A stretch of 64,000 nucleotides of DNA, taken from assembly GCA_046292385.1 (NCBI GenBank), contig JBKBRF010000037.1, positions 1 through 64,000 of the forward strand, in the 5' to 3' direction. The position numbers and the translations under genes are program-made. The notes under the pieces were generated by a model. That model was not told the DNA's origin and searched no databases. It was given only the letters and a program-made list of their open reading frames with translations. This DNA comes from Armatimonadota bacterium (GTDB lineage: Bacteria > Armatimonadota > SYMT01). Positions 8,789 to 19,813 of the stretch are shown here, in pieces; within the stretch, counting starts at the first letter, position 1, and each line of letters begins with the position of its first letter.

Positions 8789-10471
8789 ATGAACAACTAC
8801 GCCGTCGCCCGTGTCTTCTCCCGCATCGCCGATCTGATGGAGATCAAGGGAGAGAACGCCTTCAAGATCCGCGCCTACCGGAACGCCGCGCAGACGATGC
8901 AGGAGCTGACTGAGAGCCTGGAAGTGCTGGCGGAGCGCGGTGAGCTCCGGAGCATTCCCGGGGTAGGGGACGCGATTGCCGACAAGACCCGCGACATCCT
9001 GACCACCGGCACGACGAAGCTGTACGAGCGGCTGAAGGAGGAGGTTCCGGAGAGCCTGATCGAGCTGCTTGGGCTGCCCGGCTTCGGACCGAAGAAGATC
9101 CAGTCGGTCTGGCGAGAGCTGGGTGTGCGGAACCTGGACGAGCTGGAGCAGGCCGGGCGGCAGGAGCGGCTGCGGGGCGTAGGGGGGATCGGAGCGAAGT
9201 CGGAGCAGAAGCTGCTGGAGGCGATCGAGGCTTTCCGCCGCCGGAGTCGCCGGTGCGCGCTCTGGACCGTGCTCCCATACGCGGACGGCCTCTGCCGCCT
9301 GCTGCGGGAGACCGGCCTCTTTCAGCGGATGGAGATCGCCGGCAGCGCGCGGCGGATGCAAGACACGGTCGGCGACCTCGATCTCGTGGTGAGCGCGGCG
9401 GACCCGGAAGCTGCCCTCGAAGCCGCCTCCCGCCACGCGGAGGTCCGGGAGGTGCTGGCCCGGGAGGCGGGACTCCTGCGCTTCACCTCGCAGCAGAAGG
9501 TGGTGGTGGAGCTGCGCGCCACCACGCCGGAACGCTTCGGCTGGCTCTACTGGCGCGCCACCGGCTCCGAGGCTCACGTGGCCCAGGTCGAAGCGCTCCG
9601 GGAGAGCCGGGGCGTCTCGCAGGAGCTCGCCGAGGAAGAAGAGCTGTTCCAGGCGCTGGGGCTGCCGTTCATCGTCCCGGAGCTGCGCGAGGGCCGCGGG
9701 GAGGTGGAGGCGGCGGCAGCCGGCAAGCTCCCCCGGCTGCTGGAGCAGGCCGACATCCGCGGCGTCCTGCACGCGCACAGCGTCTGGAGCGACGGCCTCA
9801 CCAGCATCGAGAAGATGGCGCACGCGGCCCGCGAGCTGGGCTACGCCTACCACGGCAACACCGACCACTCCCGCGCCCTCGCCATGGCCCGCGGCCTCGA
9901 CGAAGAGCGGCTCCGGGCGCAGATGGCGGAGATCGACGCCCTGAACGCGGAGCTGGCCGGCGAGTTCCGAGTGCTGAAGGGGATCGAGTGCGACATCCTC
10001 GCCGACGGCACGCTCGACCTCCCGCTGGAGGCGCTGGAGCAGCTCGACCTCGTCGTGGCGAGCGTCCACCTGCACCAGAAGCAGGACGAGGAGACGATGA
10101 CCGCGCGGATCGTCCGCGCACTCGAGTCGGGGGTCGTCGACATCCTCGCCCACCCGACCGGCCGGCTGCTCGGCCACCGGGACCCCTATCCGGTCGACAT
10201 GGACCGGGTGCTCGACGCCGCGGTCGCCAACCGGGTGGCGGTGGAGATCAACGCCTCCTACGACCGCCTCGACCTGAACGACGTCTACGCCCGCCAGGCG
10301 AAAGAGCGCGGGCTCCCGATCAGCGTCAACACCGACGCCCACCGGCCGGAGAATCTCTCCCAGTACCGCTACGGCATCGCCCAGGCCCGCCGCGCCTGGC
10401 TGGAGCCGGAGGACGTGATCAACACCTGGGAGCTGGAGCGGCTGCTGGCGTGGCTCCAGCGGCGGGAGTAG
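8789..10471 (+). CDS. polX: DNA polymerase X with PHP 3'-5' exonuclease domain
   Basis: GENAFKIRAYRNAA, GSARR..GDLDLV, HAHSVWSDG, TDHS, AHPTGR, NTDAH; ATG 8789 preferred over upstream ORF start. Confidence 0.93.
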   Translation: MNNYAVARVFSRIADLMEIKGENAFKIRAYRNAAQTMQELTESLEVLAERGELRSIPGVGDAIADKTRDILTTGTTKLYERLKEEVPESLIELLGLPGFGPKKIQSVWRELGVRNLDELEQAGRQERLRGVGGIGAKSEQKLLEAIEAFRRRSRRCALWTVLPYADGLCRLLRETGLFQRMEIAGSARRMQDTVGDLDLVVSAADPEAALEAASRHAEVREVLAREAGLLRFTSQQKVVVELRATTPERFGWLYWRATGSEAHVAQVEALRESRGVSQELAEEEELFQALGLPFIVPELREGRGEVEAAAAGKLPRLLEQADIRGVLHAHSVWSDGLTSIEKMAHAARELGYAYHGNTDHSRALAMARGLDEERLRAQMAEIDALNAELAGEFRVLKGIECDILADGTLDLPLEALEQLDLVVASVHLHQKQDEETMTARIVRALESGVVDILAHPTGRLLGHRDPYPVDMDRVLDAAVANRVAVEINASYDRLDLNDVYARQAKERGLPISVNTDAHRPENLSQYRYGIAQARRAWLEPEDVINTWELERLLAWLQRRE

Positions 10472-10521
10472 GGGCGAGCACACGCACCGTTGACCTGGAC
10501 GCTCGGCCGCCGCCGTGTGCA

Positions 10522-10689
10522 ACCCCAGTCATCCTGAACGCAGTGAAGGATCCCGGCAGCCGTGCTGATCCGGAGTACGCAGGCGGGTGACGCGGACTCT
10601 ACCGTCGGTGCCCTTCCGCGCGCGAGGCCTCCCGCTCCGACGCAGAATGGGCAACGTAGATCCTTCAGTTCCTTCAGGATGACTGGGGT
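10522..10689. repeat. REP-like inverted pair GTCATCCTGA...GAAGGATC
   Basis: accccagtcatcctgaacgcagtgaaggatc (10522-10552) and gatccttcagttccttcaggatgactggggt (10659-10689). Confidence 0.75.
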
Positions 10690-10762
10690 GGGGGACCGGG
10701 TGCTGCCGAGGACGTTGCGACCCGGTGTGCAGGATGCCAGACCACAGCCACGGACACCTCCG

Positions 10763-11902
10763 CTACTCCACCACCTGAATGCAGGAAGGGCTCTTCACCT
10801 CCATGGGTGCGCCCACGGGGGTGAGGCGGCCGGTCTTGGGATCGATGCGGAAGACCGCCACGTTGTTGCCCGGCATGTTGGCGCAGAGGAGCAGCTTACC
10901 GCCGACGAGGGCGAGGTTCTGTGGTCCCGCGCCGAGGCCGGGGCGGATCTCCACCAGCGTGAGGTCGCCGTTCTCGGCGATCCGGTAGACCGCGATGCTG
11001 TCGTCGCCGCGATTGGTGCCGTAGAGGAAGCGGCCGTCCGGCGTGATCTTCAGGTCGGCGCAGTGGCTCGTCCGGTCGAAGTCAGCGGGCAGGGTGGAGA
11101 TCGTCTGGCGCTCGATCAGGAAGCCGGTCTTCGGATCGTAGTCGAACCGGGTGACCGAGTTCGCCAGCTCGTTGATCACGTAGACGAAGCGGCCGTTCGG
11201 GTGGAAGGTGAGGTGCCGCGGACCGGCGCCCGCCGGAGTGCGCGCGAACGGCTGGCGGCCCGGCGTAAGCTTCGCCCTGCCGGCGTCGAGGCGGTAGCTC
11301 ACCACCTGGTCGAGGCCGAGGTCGGCCGCGAAGGCGAACCGGTTGTCCGGGCTGCGGACGATGCAGTGCGCGTGCGGACCCTCCTGCCGCTGCGGGTTCA
11401 CGCCGGCGCCCGCGTGCTGCACGAACGAAGCCGCTTCCCCGAGGGAGCCATCGCCCCGCACCGGCAGGGCGGCGACGCTGCCGGTGGAGTAGTTGGCGAC
11501 GAGAACCGTCTTGCCGGTGGCATCGACTTCCAGGTAACAGGAGGAGGTGCCGCGGGACGACTGCCGGTTCAACAGCGTCAGCTCGCCGGTGGCGCGGTCG
11601 ACCGCGTAGGCGGCGACCTCTTCCGGATCGCTGCCCCCGAACTGGCGGGCATGGATGGAGTAGAGGAAGCGCCGGTCCGGCGAGAGCGCCAGGAAGAACG
11701 GATGCTCGACCCCGCCGTTCCGACGCGCCGGCGTGAGCGTGCCGGCGGACGGATCGAGCCGGAAGGCGTGGATCGCGCCGTCGCCGCCGGCGGCGAACGA
11801 GGTGATGAAGACGAGCGGACGGTCGGAGCTCTTCGTGGGAGCGGTGTTTCCGGACATGGTTCCTACCAGTAGCAGCAGCAGGGCCAGCAGCGCGCGTCTC
11901 AT
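10763..11902 (-). CDS. Lactonase family (6-phosphogluconolactonase-like beta-propeller), secreted
   Basis: LVANYSTGSV, RQEGPHAH, ADLGLDQV, GAGPRHLTFHP, TNRGDDSI. Confidence 0.92.
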   Translation of the reverse strand: MRRALLALLLLLVGTMSGNTAPTKSSDRPLVFITSFAAGGDGAIHAFRLDPSAGTLTPARRNGGVEHPFFLALSPDRRFLYSIHARQFGGSDPEEVAAYAVDRATGELTLLNRQSSRGTSSCYLEVDATGKTVLVANYSTGSVAALPVRGDGSLGEAASFVQHAGAGVNPQRQEGPHAHCIVRSPDNRFAFAADLGLDQVVSYRLDAGRAKLTPGRQPFARTPAGAGPRHLTFHPNGRFVYVINELANSVTRFDYDPKTGFLIERQTISTLPADFDRTSHCADLKITPDGRFLYGTNRGDDSIAVYRIAENGDLTLVEIRPGLGAGPQNLALVGGKLLLCANMPGNNVAVFRIDPKTGRLTPVGAPMEVKSPSCIQVVE

Positions 11903-12939
11903 CCGGAGGCCGCGCCTTTCAGGTGGCGGGCGAAATGCGCCTTCGTGCGGCGGAGCATCTCGTCGCTCAGGATGTGGCCCGAGCCGGGTTCGATGTAGTA
12001 GGTGAACCGGTCCTCCACCTTCTTCGCCTGGTAGGCGCGGCGGATCACCTCGACCCCCGTCTTCACCTCTTCGATCGGGCTGCCGCTGTCGGTCTCACCG
12101 AAGTTCAGGTGCAGCGCGCGCGGCGCGATCATGCCGGCGATATCCGGGATGTCGCCGTGCCGGCGCCAGCCAGGGATGTAGTTCGGGAAGCAGTGGATCA
12201 GGTCCGTCCGCTCCATCGCGGCGTAGGTGGGCATGCAGCAGTTGCCGACCAGCGCCTTGAGCCTCGGCTCCCAGGGGCCGACCAGCCACGTGTGCGTGGA
12301 GCCCATCGAGTGGCCGTAGCAGCCGAGGCGGCGGGCGTCGACCTCCGGCCGGGAGGAGATCAGGTCGACCGCCCGGCGCATGTCGAGGATGTTCTTCCAG
12401 GCGAGGCACTTGCCGTCCGCCACGTACATCGCGAACAGGTAGTGCTCCAGGTTCCGGCCGTTGAGGCCGCCGCGCCGGTTCCGCTCGCCGAACCCGGCCG
12501 CGTCCGGGCAGAGCACCACGTATCCCTCGCGGGCCAGCGCCAGGCCGGTGTGGTGCATCGGACCGAGCTTCAGCCCCGCCGGCTCCGCCATGCCGATGTC
12601 GTAAGCCCCGTTGTGCTGGTGCCACACGCAGATGCCGGGAGCGGGACGGCTCTCCGTTGCGCCGTCCGGAACCAGCAGGTAGGCCGCGATCCGCTCCCCC
12701 GGCTCCACCAGGTAGGTGAGGCGCTCGAGGCGGTAGCCGTCCTTCTGCTCCCGCTTCTCCACCACCGGCTCCAGCGGCCCGCCCTTCGGCCACTCGCCGC
12801 CAAGGCATTGGAGCAGCTTCTTCCGGTACGCGTCGCCCCGCACCGGCCGCGCCTCGGGCCCCTCCGCGGTCGCGCCCGCCTTCGCCGCCACTGCCGCCGC
12901 GCCCAGCCCGCCCAGCAATCCTCGTCGAGACATCGCCAT
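11899..12939 (-). CDS. Tat-exported dienelactone hydrolase-like alpha/beta hydrolase
   Basis: MSRRGLL Tat motif; GCYGHSMG; GETD; GSGH. Confidence 0.85.
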   Translation of the reverse strand: MAMSRRGLLGGLGAAAVAAKAGATAEGPEARPVRGDAYRKKLLQCLGGEWPKGGPLEPVVEKREQKDGYRLERLTYLVEPGERIAAYLLVPDGATESRPAPGICVWHQHNGAYDIGMAEPAGLKLGPMHHTGLALAREGYVVLCPDAAGFGERNRRGGLNGRNLEHYLFAMYVADGKCLAWKNILDMRRAVDLISSRPEVDARRLGCYGHSMGSTHTWLVGPWEPRLKALVGNCCMPTYAAMERTDLIHCFPNYIPGWRRHGDIPDIAGMIAPRALHLNFGETDSGSPIEEVKTGVEVIRRAYQAKKVEDRFTYYIEPGSGHILSDEMLRRTKAHFARHLKGAASG

Positions 12940-13228
12940 CGCCGCGCTCCCTTCACCGAACAGCCGTGTGGCTGTATTCGAGGCGGGCACTCCTGACTCC
13001 TCGGGGCCGTCTGCTTCGCCGGAGTGCTTACCCGCCGTGCTACATCTCGACGGCTGTTCTCAGAGCAACAGGAGTCTTAGTCCGGTTGGCTGCCCATCCC
13101 CACATCCCCGTTCCCACATCCCCCTATCTCCTTTAAAACGTTCGTCCACAGACGCGCGAAGGGCAGGCTACCGCGGGGGTGCGGGCCTGCCCTTGCTGCT
13201 GGATGGGGGGGTGGGGAGAGGAAACTCT

Positions 13229-13528
13229 TTAAGCGACCTTGCTCATCGCGCTGCGGACTTCCACCTCGGTGGCGGCGCGCTCGATCATGTGCCACTCGAG
13301 GCAGCGACCGTCGTCGAAGTGGACGCGCCAGACGGCGAACGGCTGGTCCGGGGAGGTGATGCTGCAGGTGAGCGACTTCACCCGGCGCACCTTACCGCTG
13401 AGGTCCGAGCCCATCTCCCGTCCGTCGAAGGCCTTAATCTTAACCCACATTCCCGGCCGGTAGGGGGGAATCCGAGTCACCTGCTGGGGTTTGTCGTGGG
13501 TGACGCGCCGGCGCTTCATGTGATCCAT
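13229..13528 (-). CDS. Small hypothetical protein
   Basis: AGGAGGT RBS upstream; protein-like composition. Confidence 0.6.
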   Translation of the reverse strand: MDHMKRRRVTHDKPQQVTRIPPYRPGMWVKIKAFDGREMGSDLSGKVRRVKSLTCSITSPDQPFAVWRVHFDDGRCLEWHMIERAATEVEVRSAMSKVA

Positions 13529-13699
13529 CGAAAGTACCTCCTGCGGTTATGTGACGAGTGTCGATCGAGTTTGGAAGAACGAGGGGAGGAAGCGACCTGG
13601 CGGCGGCCCGCCAGCCCGTCGACCTCAACACCCACAGCTTACCCCTCCGCCCCGCCTCGGGCCAGCTAAGTGACACTTCATGGCACCCCTGCCGAATCG

Positions 13700-13734
13700 A
13701 AAAGGGGCGAATCGGGATTCACCCGATTCGCCCC
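13700..13734 (-). terminator. Intrinsic terminator after typA
   Basis: 13-bp stem ggggcgaatcggg/cccgattcgcccc followed by TTTT on the minus strand. Confidence 0.7.
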
Positions 13735-13761
13735 CGTGATCTCGGCGTTCTCGTGCCTGCG

Positions 13762-15600
13762 TTAGCGGACGCCGGCCAGCTCCGCGTTCTTCTCGTCACG
13801 CCGCCGCGCCGTCTTCTCCAGGATCCGCTTGCGGATGCGGATGCTCTTTGGTGTCACTTCCACCAGTTCGTCCGGCCCGATGTATTCCAGGGCGCGATCG
13901 AGCGACATGTTCACCGGCGGGGTCAGGCGGATGCCTTCATCGGCGGTGCTGCTCCGCATGTTCGTCAGGTGCTTCCGCTTGCAGACGTTGACGTCGAGGT
14001 CACCCTCGCGGGAGTGCTGGCCGACCACCATTCCCTCGTAGACGTCTACGCCCGGGCCGAAGAAGAGCTTGCCGCGCTGCTCCGCGTTGCTGAGACCGAA
14101 TGGGGTGGTAGAGCCCAGCTCCGTGGCGACGAGCGAGCCCGGCTTGAGCCGCTGCATCGTGCCGGCGATGGGCCGGTAGCCGACGAACTCCGAGTTCATG
14201 ATCCCGGTGCCCTTCGTCTCGGTCATCAGGTCGGTCCGGAAGCCGATCAGGCCGCGGGTAGGGAGGACGTAGACCACGTGCACCTCGCCATTGGCCAGGT
14301 AGGTCATGTCTTCCAGCTCACCGCGCCGGGCGCCGAGCATCTCCACCACGCTGCCGAGGAACTCCTCTGAGACGTCGATGCTCAGCCGCTCGTACGGCTC
14401 GCAGAGCTGGCCCTCGATCTCCTTGAAGATCACTTCCGGCTGGGAGACCTGCAGCTCGTAGCCCTCCCGGCGCATCGTCTCGATCAGGATCGCCAGGTGC
14501 AGCTCGCCGCGGCCGGAGACGATCCACGCGTCCGGGCTCTCGGCCTGCTCCACGCGCAGCGCCACGTTGCTCTCCAGCTCCCGCTCCAGCCGGGCGCGGA
14601 CGTGCGGAGAGGTGCAGAACTGGCCCTCGCGGCCGGCGAACGGGCTGGTGTTGACGCTGAACGTCATCCGCAGCGTCGGCTCTTCCACCTGGGTGACCGG
14701 CAGCGGGCGCGGGTCCTTCGCGTCGGCGATTGTCTCTCCCACGTTCACCGCGGCGACCCCGGTGATGGCGATGATGTCGCCGGCGGAGCCTTCCGGCACC
14801 TCCTGGCGGCGCAGGCCGTTGTAGGTGAAGACGGAAACGACCCTCGCGTTGTGCTGCTTGCCGTCGCGGTCGAAGTGGACCACCGTCTGGTTCGGGCGGA
14901 CCTTCCCGCCGAAGACGCGGCCCACGCCGAGCCGGCCGCGGTGCGGGTCGGCGTCGATCGAGGTGATCAGCATCTGGAACGGCGCGTCCAGGTCCGCCAC
15001 GGGACCGGGGAGGTGCTCCACGATGGTGGCGAAGAGCGGGCGCAGGTCCTCGCCCAGGCTGCTCGCGTCGAGCGAGGCGACGCCGTTCAGCGCGCTCGCG
15101 TAGACGATCGGGAAGTCGAGCTGCTCGTTGCTCGCGTTGAGCGCGGCGAAGAGATCGAAGGTCTGGTCGACCACCCAGTCAGGGCGGGCGTTGGGCCGGT
15201 CGACCTTGTTGATCACCACCACCGCCTTGAGGCCGAGCGCGAGCGCCTTGCTGAGCACGAAGCGGGTCTGCGGCATGGGGCCGTCGACCGCGTCGACGAG
15301 GAGCAGGACGCCGTCGACCATGGTGAGGACGCGCTCTACCTCGCCGCCGAAGTCGGCGTGGCCGGGCGTATCGACGATGTTGATCTTCACCCCCTCGTAC
15401 TGGATGGAGGTGTTCTTCGCCATGATGGTGATGCCGCGCTCGCGCTCCAGGTCCATGCGGTCCATCACGCGCTCCGCGACTTCTTCATTTTCGCGGAACA
15501 CGTTGCCCTGGCGCAGCATGCCGTCGACCAGCGTGGTCTTTCCGTGGTCAACGTGCGCGACGATGGCGACGTTGCGAATAGTATCAAGACGATTGGACAT
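13762..15600 (-). CDS. typA: Translational GTPase TypA/BipA
   Basis: [50 protein letters not shown]. Confidence 0.98.
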   Translation of the reverse strand: MSNRLDTIRNVAIVAHVDHGKTTLVDGMLRQGNVFRENEEVAERVMDRMDLERERGITIMAKNTSIQYEGVKINIVDTPGHADFGGEVERVLTMVDGVLLLVDAVDGPMPQTRFVLSKALALGLKAVVVINKVDRPNARPDWVVDQTFDLFAALNASNEQLDFPIVYASALNGVASLDASSLGEDLRPLFATIVEHLPGPVADLDAPFQMLITSIDADPHRGRLGVGRVFGGKVRPNQTVVHFDRDGKQHNARVVSVFTYNGLRRQEVPEGSAGDIIAITGVAAVNVGETIADAKDPRPLPVTQVEEPTLRMTFSVNTSPFAGREGQFCTSPHVRARLERELESNVALRVEQAESPDAWIVSGRGELHLAILIETMRREGYELQVSQPEVIFKEIEGQLCEPYERLSIDVSEEFLGSVVEMLGARRGELEDMTYLANGEVHVVYVLPTRGLIGFRTDLMTETKGTGIMNSEFVGYRPIAGTMQRLKPGSLVATELGSTTPFGLSNAEQRGKLFFGPGVDVYEGMVVGQHSREGDLDVNVCKRKHLTNMRSSTADEGIRLTPPVNMSLDRALEYIGPDELVEVTPKSIRIRKRILEKTARRRDEKNAELAGVR

Positions 15601-15637
15601 TGGGTTCCTAACAGAATGCCGGCCGAGCGAGACCGGT

Positions 15638-15732
15638 CACAGGTTTCAAGTGCCAGGTTCCAGGTGCCGGGCTCGAACCCCGACTGGCGGGGAGCTCTGG
15701 TGAAACCTGCAACGTGCCAACCCGCAGCTAAC
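15638..15732. repeat. Inverted GCAGGTT-like repeat arrays
   Basis: caggtttcaagtgccaggttccaggtg ... aaacctgcaacgtgccaacccgc. Confidence 0.6.
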
Positions 15733-15975
15733 TTTCCCCACACAGGAGGCACCACTCAGACTGAGTGAAGGGCCGCTGCGGTTCCGGTGGGGATCCACGC
15801 CGACTCGCTCTCGGCGGGCGTGTGCCGGCTGGCGGCGCACTCTCGCCGCGGGCTCCCGCAAACCGGCCTGCGCCGCGGCGGGACCCATTCTACCAGGGTG
15901 GGGAGGGGCGTGGCAATCGAGATGAAGATCTCGATTCGAGGGATCCCGTGCCGGCGGGGGCGCGGGGAGCCGGCG

Positions 15976-16332
15976 TCACGAGTGGACGATAGGAACCACG
16001 AGGCTCAGGCCGGTCAGGTGGAAGATGCGGGCGACTTCCGGGTGCACCCGCTCCAGGGCCAGCGATCCGCCGGTAGCCTGAGCGATTTGCTGGCCGCTGA
16101 CGATTGCTCCCAGGCCGTGCGCGTCGATGCTGCGCACGGTGGAGAGATCGAGCGTGAGCTCGCAGCCAGGTTGGATGCACGCCCGGCGCACCGTTTCCAG
16201 CAGGGCGGCGCCGGCCTCCGCAGTCAGGTCGCCCGATACTTCCAGCGCCAGCCGTCGCGGTACTTCCATCCCCACTACCCCTACCCCCAGGCGCCTGCGG
16301 GAGAGCCGCAACCCACTGGCGCGTCGATGCAA
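15976..16332 (-). CDS. STAS domain protein (anti-sigma factor antagonist-like); start uncertain
   Basis: LEVSGDL..LTLDLSTVRSIDAHGLGAIV..VARIFHLTGL. Confidence 0.75.
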   Translation of the reverse strand: MHRRASGLRLSRRRLGVGVVGMEVPRRLALEVSGDLTAEAGAALLETVRRACIQPGCELTLDLSTVRSIDAHGLGAIVSGQQIAQATGGSLALERVHPEVARIFHLTGLSLVVPIVHS

Positions 16333-16439
16333 TGCCTCACTTTACCCCGCAGTGGCGGGGACAAAACGAATGGACAGAAACGAGCGAAGAGCCTGCCCGG
16401 AGGCAGGCTCTTCGAAGTCCGAGCGCCGGTGAGGCAGGA

Positions 16440-16841
16440 CTACTTCTGGGTCATCAGGTAGGCGGTGATGTTGTCGATCGTCGCCTGCGGGGCCTTGGAA
16501 GCGGGCATGATGCTGCCAGCCTTCGACGGCTTCTTGATGTACGCGGCGATCTCCGCGGCCTTGTGCTCCTTCGCGATTTCGCTCAGGTCCGGGCCGATCT
16601 CGCCGGCATCCTGGTAGTCCTTGGTCTTGTGGCAGCCGGTGCAGCCTTCCGTCTTGTACTGCTCCTTGCCCTTCTTGGCATCGGCCTTCGCCGGCTTGGC
16701 CGGCGCCTTCTTGGACGGCGCCTTCTTCTTCGGCGCGGCGATGGCGGTGCTCAGAAGCGGCATGCTAAACAGCGCCCCGGCCGCAACCAGGCCCAGAAGC
16801 GCTCGATGGCTGATCGAGATCACAGGTGAAGTCCTCCTCAT
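16440..16841 (-). CDS. Secreted c-type cytochrome
   Basis: Signal peptide, CTGCH haem motif, GPDL, IMP distal Met. Confidence 0.9.
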   Translation of the reverse strand: MRRTSPVISISHRALLGLVAAGALFSMPLLSTAIAAPKKKAPSKKAPAKPAKADAKKGKEQYKTEGCTGCHKTKDYQDAGEIGPDLSEIAKEHKAAEIAAYIKKPSKAGSIMPASKAPQATIDNITAYLMTQK

Positions 16842-17085
16842 AAGCTTCAGCGTGCCGTCATGCTCCTGGTGACGGCCGCCGGGGTTATCCGGTGGGGCCG
16901 ATCCGCGTGCCGTTACCGCTGGGACGCGGTCGGAACTGCGGCGACATGAGGCACTACTCGTGCGCCTAGCAGTTCGGTATTACGACACCCCTTTCCTCTG
17001 CCGGGTGCCGCCTGATTGTCTCACCGACACGTTGAGAGTACGTGGAGATGGGCGTGGACGTGACGCTCGGCGTAGGCCCGCCGGC

Positions 17086-18039
17086 TCATCCGCAGTAGGT
17101 GACGTAGTCGAACTCGAACGAGCCGTCGTCGAACAGGTCGATCAGGGCGTAGCCGGGCGGGGTCTCCTGGTAGCTGCCCTTCCACCAGCCGCCGGACACG
17201 GCGCCGTTGCAGAGGTAGGTCACCCCGTTGTAGTCGAGCCGGTCGCGCAGGTGGATGTGTCCGCTCAGGCAGAGCTTCACCTGCGGGTGCTTCACGAAGA
17301 GGTCTTTCAAGACACGGGCGTCGGTGTGCATCCAGGCCCCGGGGACCACCCAGTTGCCGCTCTTCTCGTTCTCGCCGTCCAGGAACGCGCAGCCGCAGAG
17401 GATCGGGATGTGGGAGAGGATCAGCACGGGCGTGGAGCGGGGGGTCGCGGCCAGCTCTCCGGCCAGCCACTCCCGCTGCGGGTCGTCCAGCCGGGCGGTG
17501 TAGACGCCGCCCTCCACCGGATGGGTGCTGTCCAGCACGATGATCCGCCACCCGCCGTGGTCCAGCCGGCGGTAGCGCTCCGCCAGTCCGAGCTGCTCCA
17601 GGGCCGCCTGCTTCCCGTAGTGCGGCTCCGTGCCAGTGGCGCCGCTCCGGTCGCGGTGCCAGCCCCAGACGTCGTGGTTGCCGAGGCAGTGGACCACCGG
17701 CAGCGTGCAGTGCTCGTCCAGCACCCGCTTCCAGACGCGCCACTGCTCGCGAGTCCGCTCCCAGCTCGCGCCGAGCGCGTCCATGATCATGTCGCCGCCG
17801 TTCAGGATCAGCTCCGGCCGATCCTGCTGCGCGTGGACGTGCCGCAGGCAGGCCGCCATCCCCTCCGCGGCGGCGCCCTCCGGCTGGACGTGGATATCGG
17901 TCAGGTGGGCCAGGCGCGCCGTCCGGCGGCGGGTCGCTCGCTCTCCGGCCGCGGGTGCGGCGACCGAGGCGGCCGCCGCGGCGCCGACCGCGCTGCACAG
18001 CAGCTCCCGGCGCGTGCTGGCTGGGTTTTTCCCGCTCAT
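17086..18039 (-). CDS. Tat-exported metallophosphoesterase (calcineurin-like)
   Basis: TRRELL; TDIH, GGD, GNHD, SHIP, SGHIH. Confidence 0.92.
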   Translation of the reverse strand: MSGKNPASTRRELLCSAVGAAAAASVAAPAAGERATRRRTARLAHLTDIHVQPEGAAAEGMAACLRHVHAQQDRPELILNGGDMIMDALGASWERTREQWRVWKRVLDEHCTLPVVHCLGNHDVWGWHRDRSGATGTEPHYGKQAALEQLGLAERYRRLDHGGWRIIVLDSTHPVEGGVYTARLDDPQREWLAGELAATPRSTPVLILSHIPILCGCAFLDGENEKSGNWVVPGAWMHTDARVLKDLFVKHPQVKLCLSGHIHLRDRLDYNGVTYLCNGAVSGGWWKGSYQETPPGYALIDLFDDGSFEFDYVTYCG

Positions 18040-18051
18040 CGGCTCCTCCGT

Positions 18052-19620
18052 TCAGCGCCCCCACGCCGCGGGCGCTGGCTCCGCGCTCGCGGGGGAGGCG
18101 CCGCCCATCATCAATCCCAGCTCCGTGCGCGGAGTGGTGGGGGAGACGGTGCGCGAGAGCTGTCCCTCGTAGAGCACCGCCACCCGGTCGGCGAGGGCGA
18201 GCACCTCGTCGAGCTCCGTGGAGATCAGCAGCACGGCGGCGCCGGCCTCCCGGTGCTCTCGCAGGCGCTGGTGGACGAACGCCATCGCGTTGACGTCGAC
18301 GCCCCGAGTCGGGTTCAGCGCCACCACCAGCCGCGGTCGCTGGTGAAGCGCCCGGGCGATCACGATCTTCTGCTGGTTGCCCCCGGAGAGCGAGCCGGCG
18401 GCCTGCTGCAGGGTCCCGGCGCGGACGTCGTAGTCGCTCGCCATCCGCGCCGCGGTCTCGTCCAGGGCCGACCAGCGGAGCCAGCCGCCGCGGGCACTCT
18501 CCGGCGCCTGGTGCAGCTCCAGCACCAGGTTGTCCCGGATCGAGGCGGAGAGGACGAGGCCCTGCCGGCGCCGGTCCTGCGGGATGTAGCCGAGCTGTGA
18601 CCGGCGCGCCGCGCCTCCCGAGAGCTCCACCGTCCCGGCGGACGGCCTGCGGATCCCGACGATCGCCTCGGCCAGCTCCGCCTGCCCGTTCCCGTCCACC
18701 CCGGCAATCCCCAGGATCTCCCCGCCGCGCAGCTCGAGCGAGAGTCCTCGGACCGCCTCCACGCCATGGTCGCCGCGGACCCGCAGAGCGTCGACCCGCA
18801 GCACCGCTCCACCCGGCTCTGCCGTCACCGGCACGGGCATCGCCCGGGTCGGCGCGGCGGGGGCCGGCGCGTCGCCCATCATTCGCCGCGCGAGGTCTTC
18901 CGGGTTCGTCTCGCTCGCCGCGACGGTGCCGACGTTCCGCCCCCGGCGGAGCACCGTCACCCGGTCGCAGAGCCGGAGCACCTCGTTCAGCTTGTGGCTG
19001 ATGAAGACGAGGCTCTTCCCCTCGTCCCGAAGGCGCTGCAAGACGCTGAACAGCTCTTCCAGCTCGACCGGCGCGAGGACCGCGGTCGGCTCGTCGAAGA
19101 TCAGCACGTCCGGCTGCTGCGCCAGCACCTTCACGATCTCCAGCCGCTGCTGCGTCCCGACCGGAAGCTGCCAGACCGGAGTGTGGGGCTCCAGCGGCCA
19201 CCCGAGCCGCGCCGCCAGCTCCAGCGCCTCCGCGGCGAGCCCGCGGCGGGGGAGGAGCAGGGGGGTGCGGCGGGGCAGCGCGAGTGCCAGGTTCTCCGCG
19301 ACGGAAAAGCTCTCCACCAGCGTGAAGTGCTGGTGCACCATCCCGATGCCGTGCCGCGCCGCCTCGCGCGGGGAGCGCAGCGTCACCGGCCGGCCGCCGA
19401 CCTCGATCGTCCCGGCATCCGGAGCGTGCATCCCGGCGAGGAGGTGCATCCCGGCGAGGAGGTGCATCAGGGTCGACTTTCCGGCGCCGTTCTCCCCCAG
19501 CAGGGCGTGGATCTCGCCGGGGAGCAGCTCGAAGTCGACGCCGTCCAGCGCCGTCACGCCGCCGAAGCGCTTGACGATCCCGCGCATCCGCACGGCAGGG
19601 GAGACCACGGTGGGCGGCAT
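18052..19620 (-). CDS. Sugar/nucleoside ABC transporter ATP-binding protein (two NBDs)
   Basis: [30 protein letters not shown]. Confidence 0.95.
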   Translation of the reverse strand: MPPTVVSPAVRMRGIVKRFGGVTALDGVDFELLPGEIHALLGENGAGKSTLMHLLAGMHLLAGMHAPDAGTIEVGGRPVTLRSPREAARHGIGMVHQHFTLVESFSVAENLALALPRRTPLLLPRRGLAAEALELAARLGWPLEPHTPVWQLPVGTQQRLEIVKVLAQQPDVLIFDEPTAVLAPVELEELFSVLQRLRDEGKSLVFISHKLNEVLRLCDRVTVLRRGRNVGTVAASETNPEDLARRMMGDAPAPAAPTRAMPVPVTAEPGGAVLRVDALRVRGDHGVEAVRGLSLELRGGEILGIAGVDGNGQAELAEAIVGIRRPSAGTVELSGGAARRSQLGYIPQDRRRQGLVLSASIRDNLVLELHQAPESARGGWLRWSALDETAARMASDYDVRAGTLQQAAGSLSGGNQQKIVIARALHQRPRLVVALNPTRGVDVNAMAFVHQRLREHREAGAAVLLISTELDEVLALADRVAVLYEGQLSRTVSPTTPRTELGLMMGGASPASAEPAPAAWGR

Positions 19621-19813
19621 GTGGGGCTTCTGGGAACGGAGCGCCGAGGGCGGAGTGGGCGTCCGACCGCGTGTCGGGAAGCCGCTCCGGCTCGGCTGGT
19701 TGTCGAGAACGAGAAAGAGAACGAGAAGGAGTAGGAGCTGAGCCCGGATGGCTGTTCATCCCCCTCATCCCCAATTCATCCCTACCATCTCCTTTCTTAC
19801 ACCTCCGTGCGGG

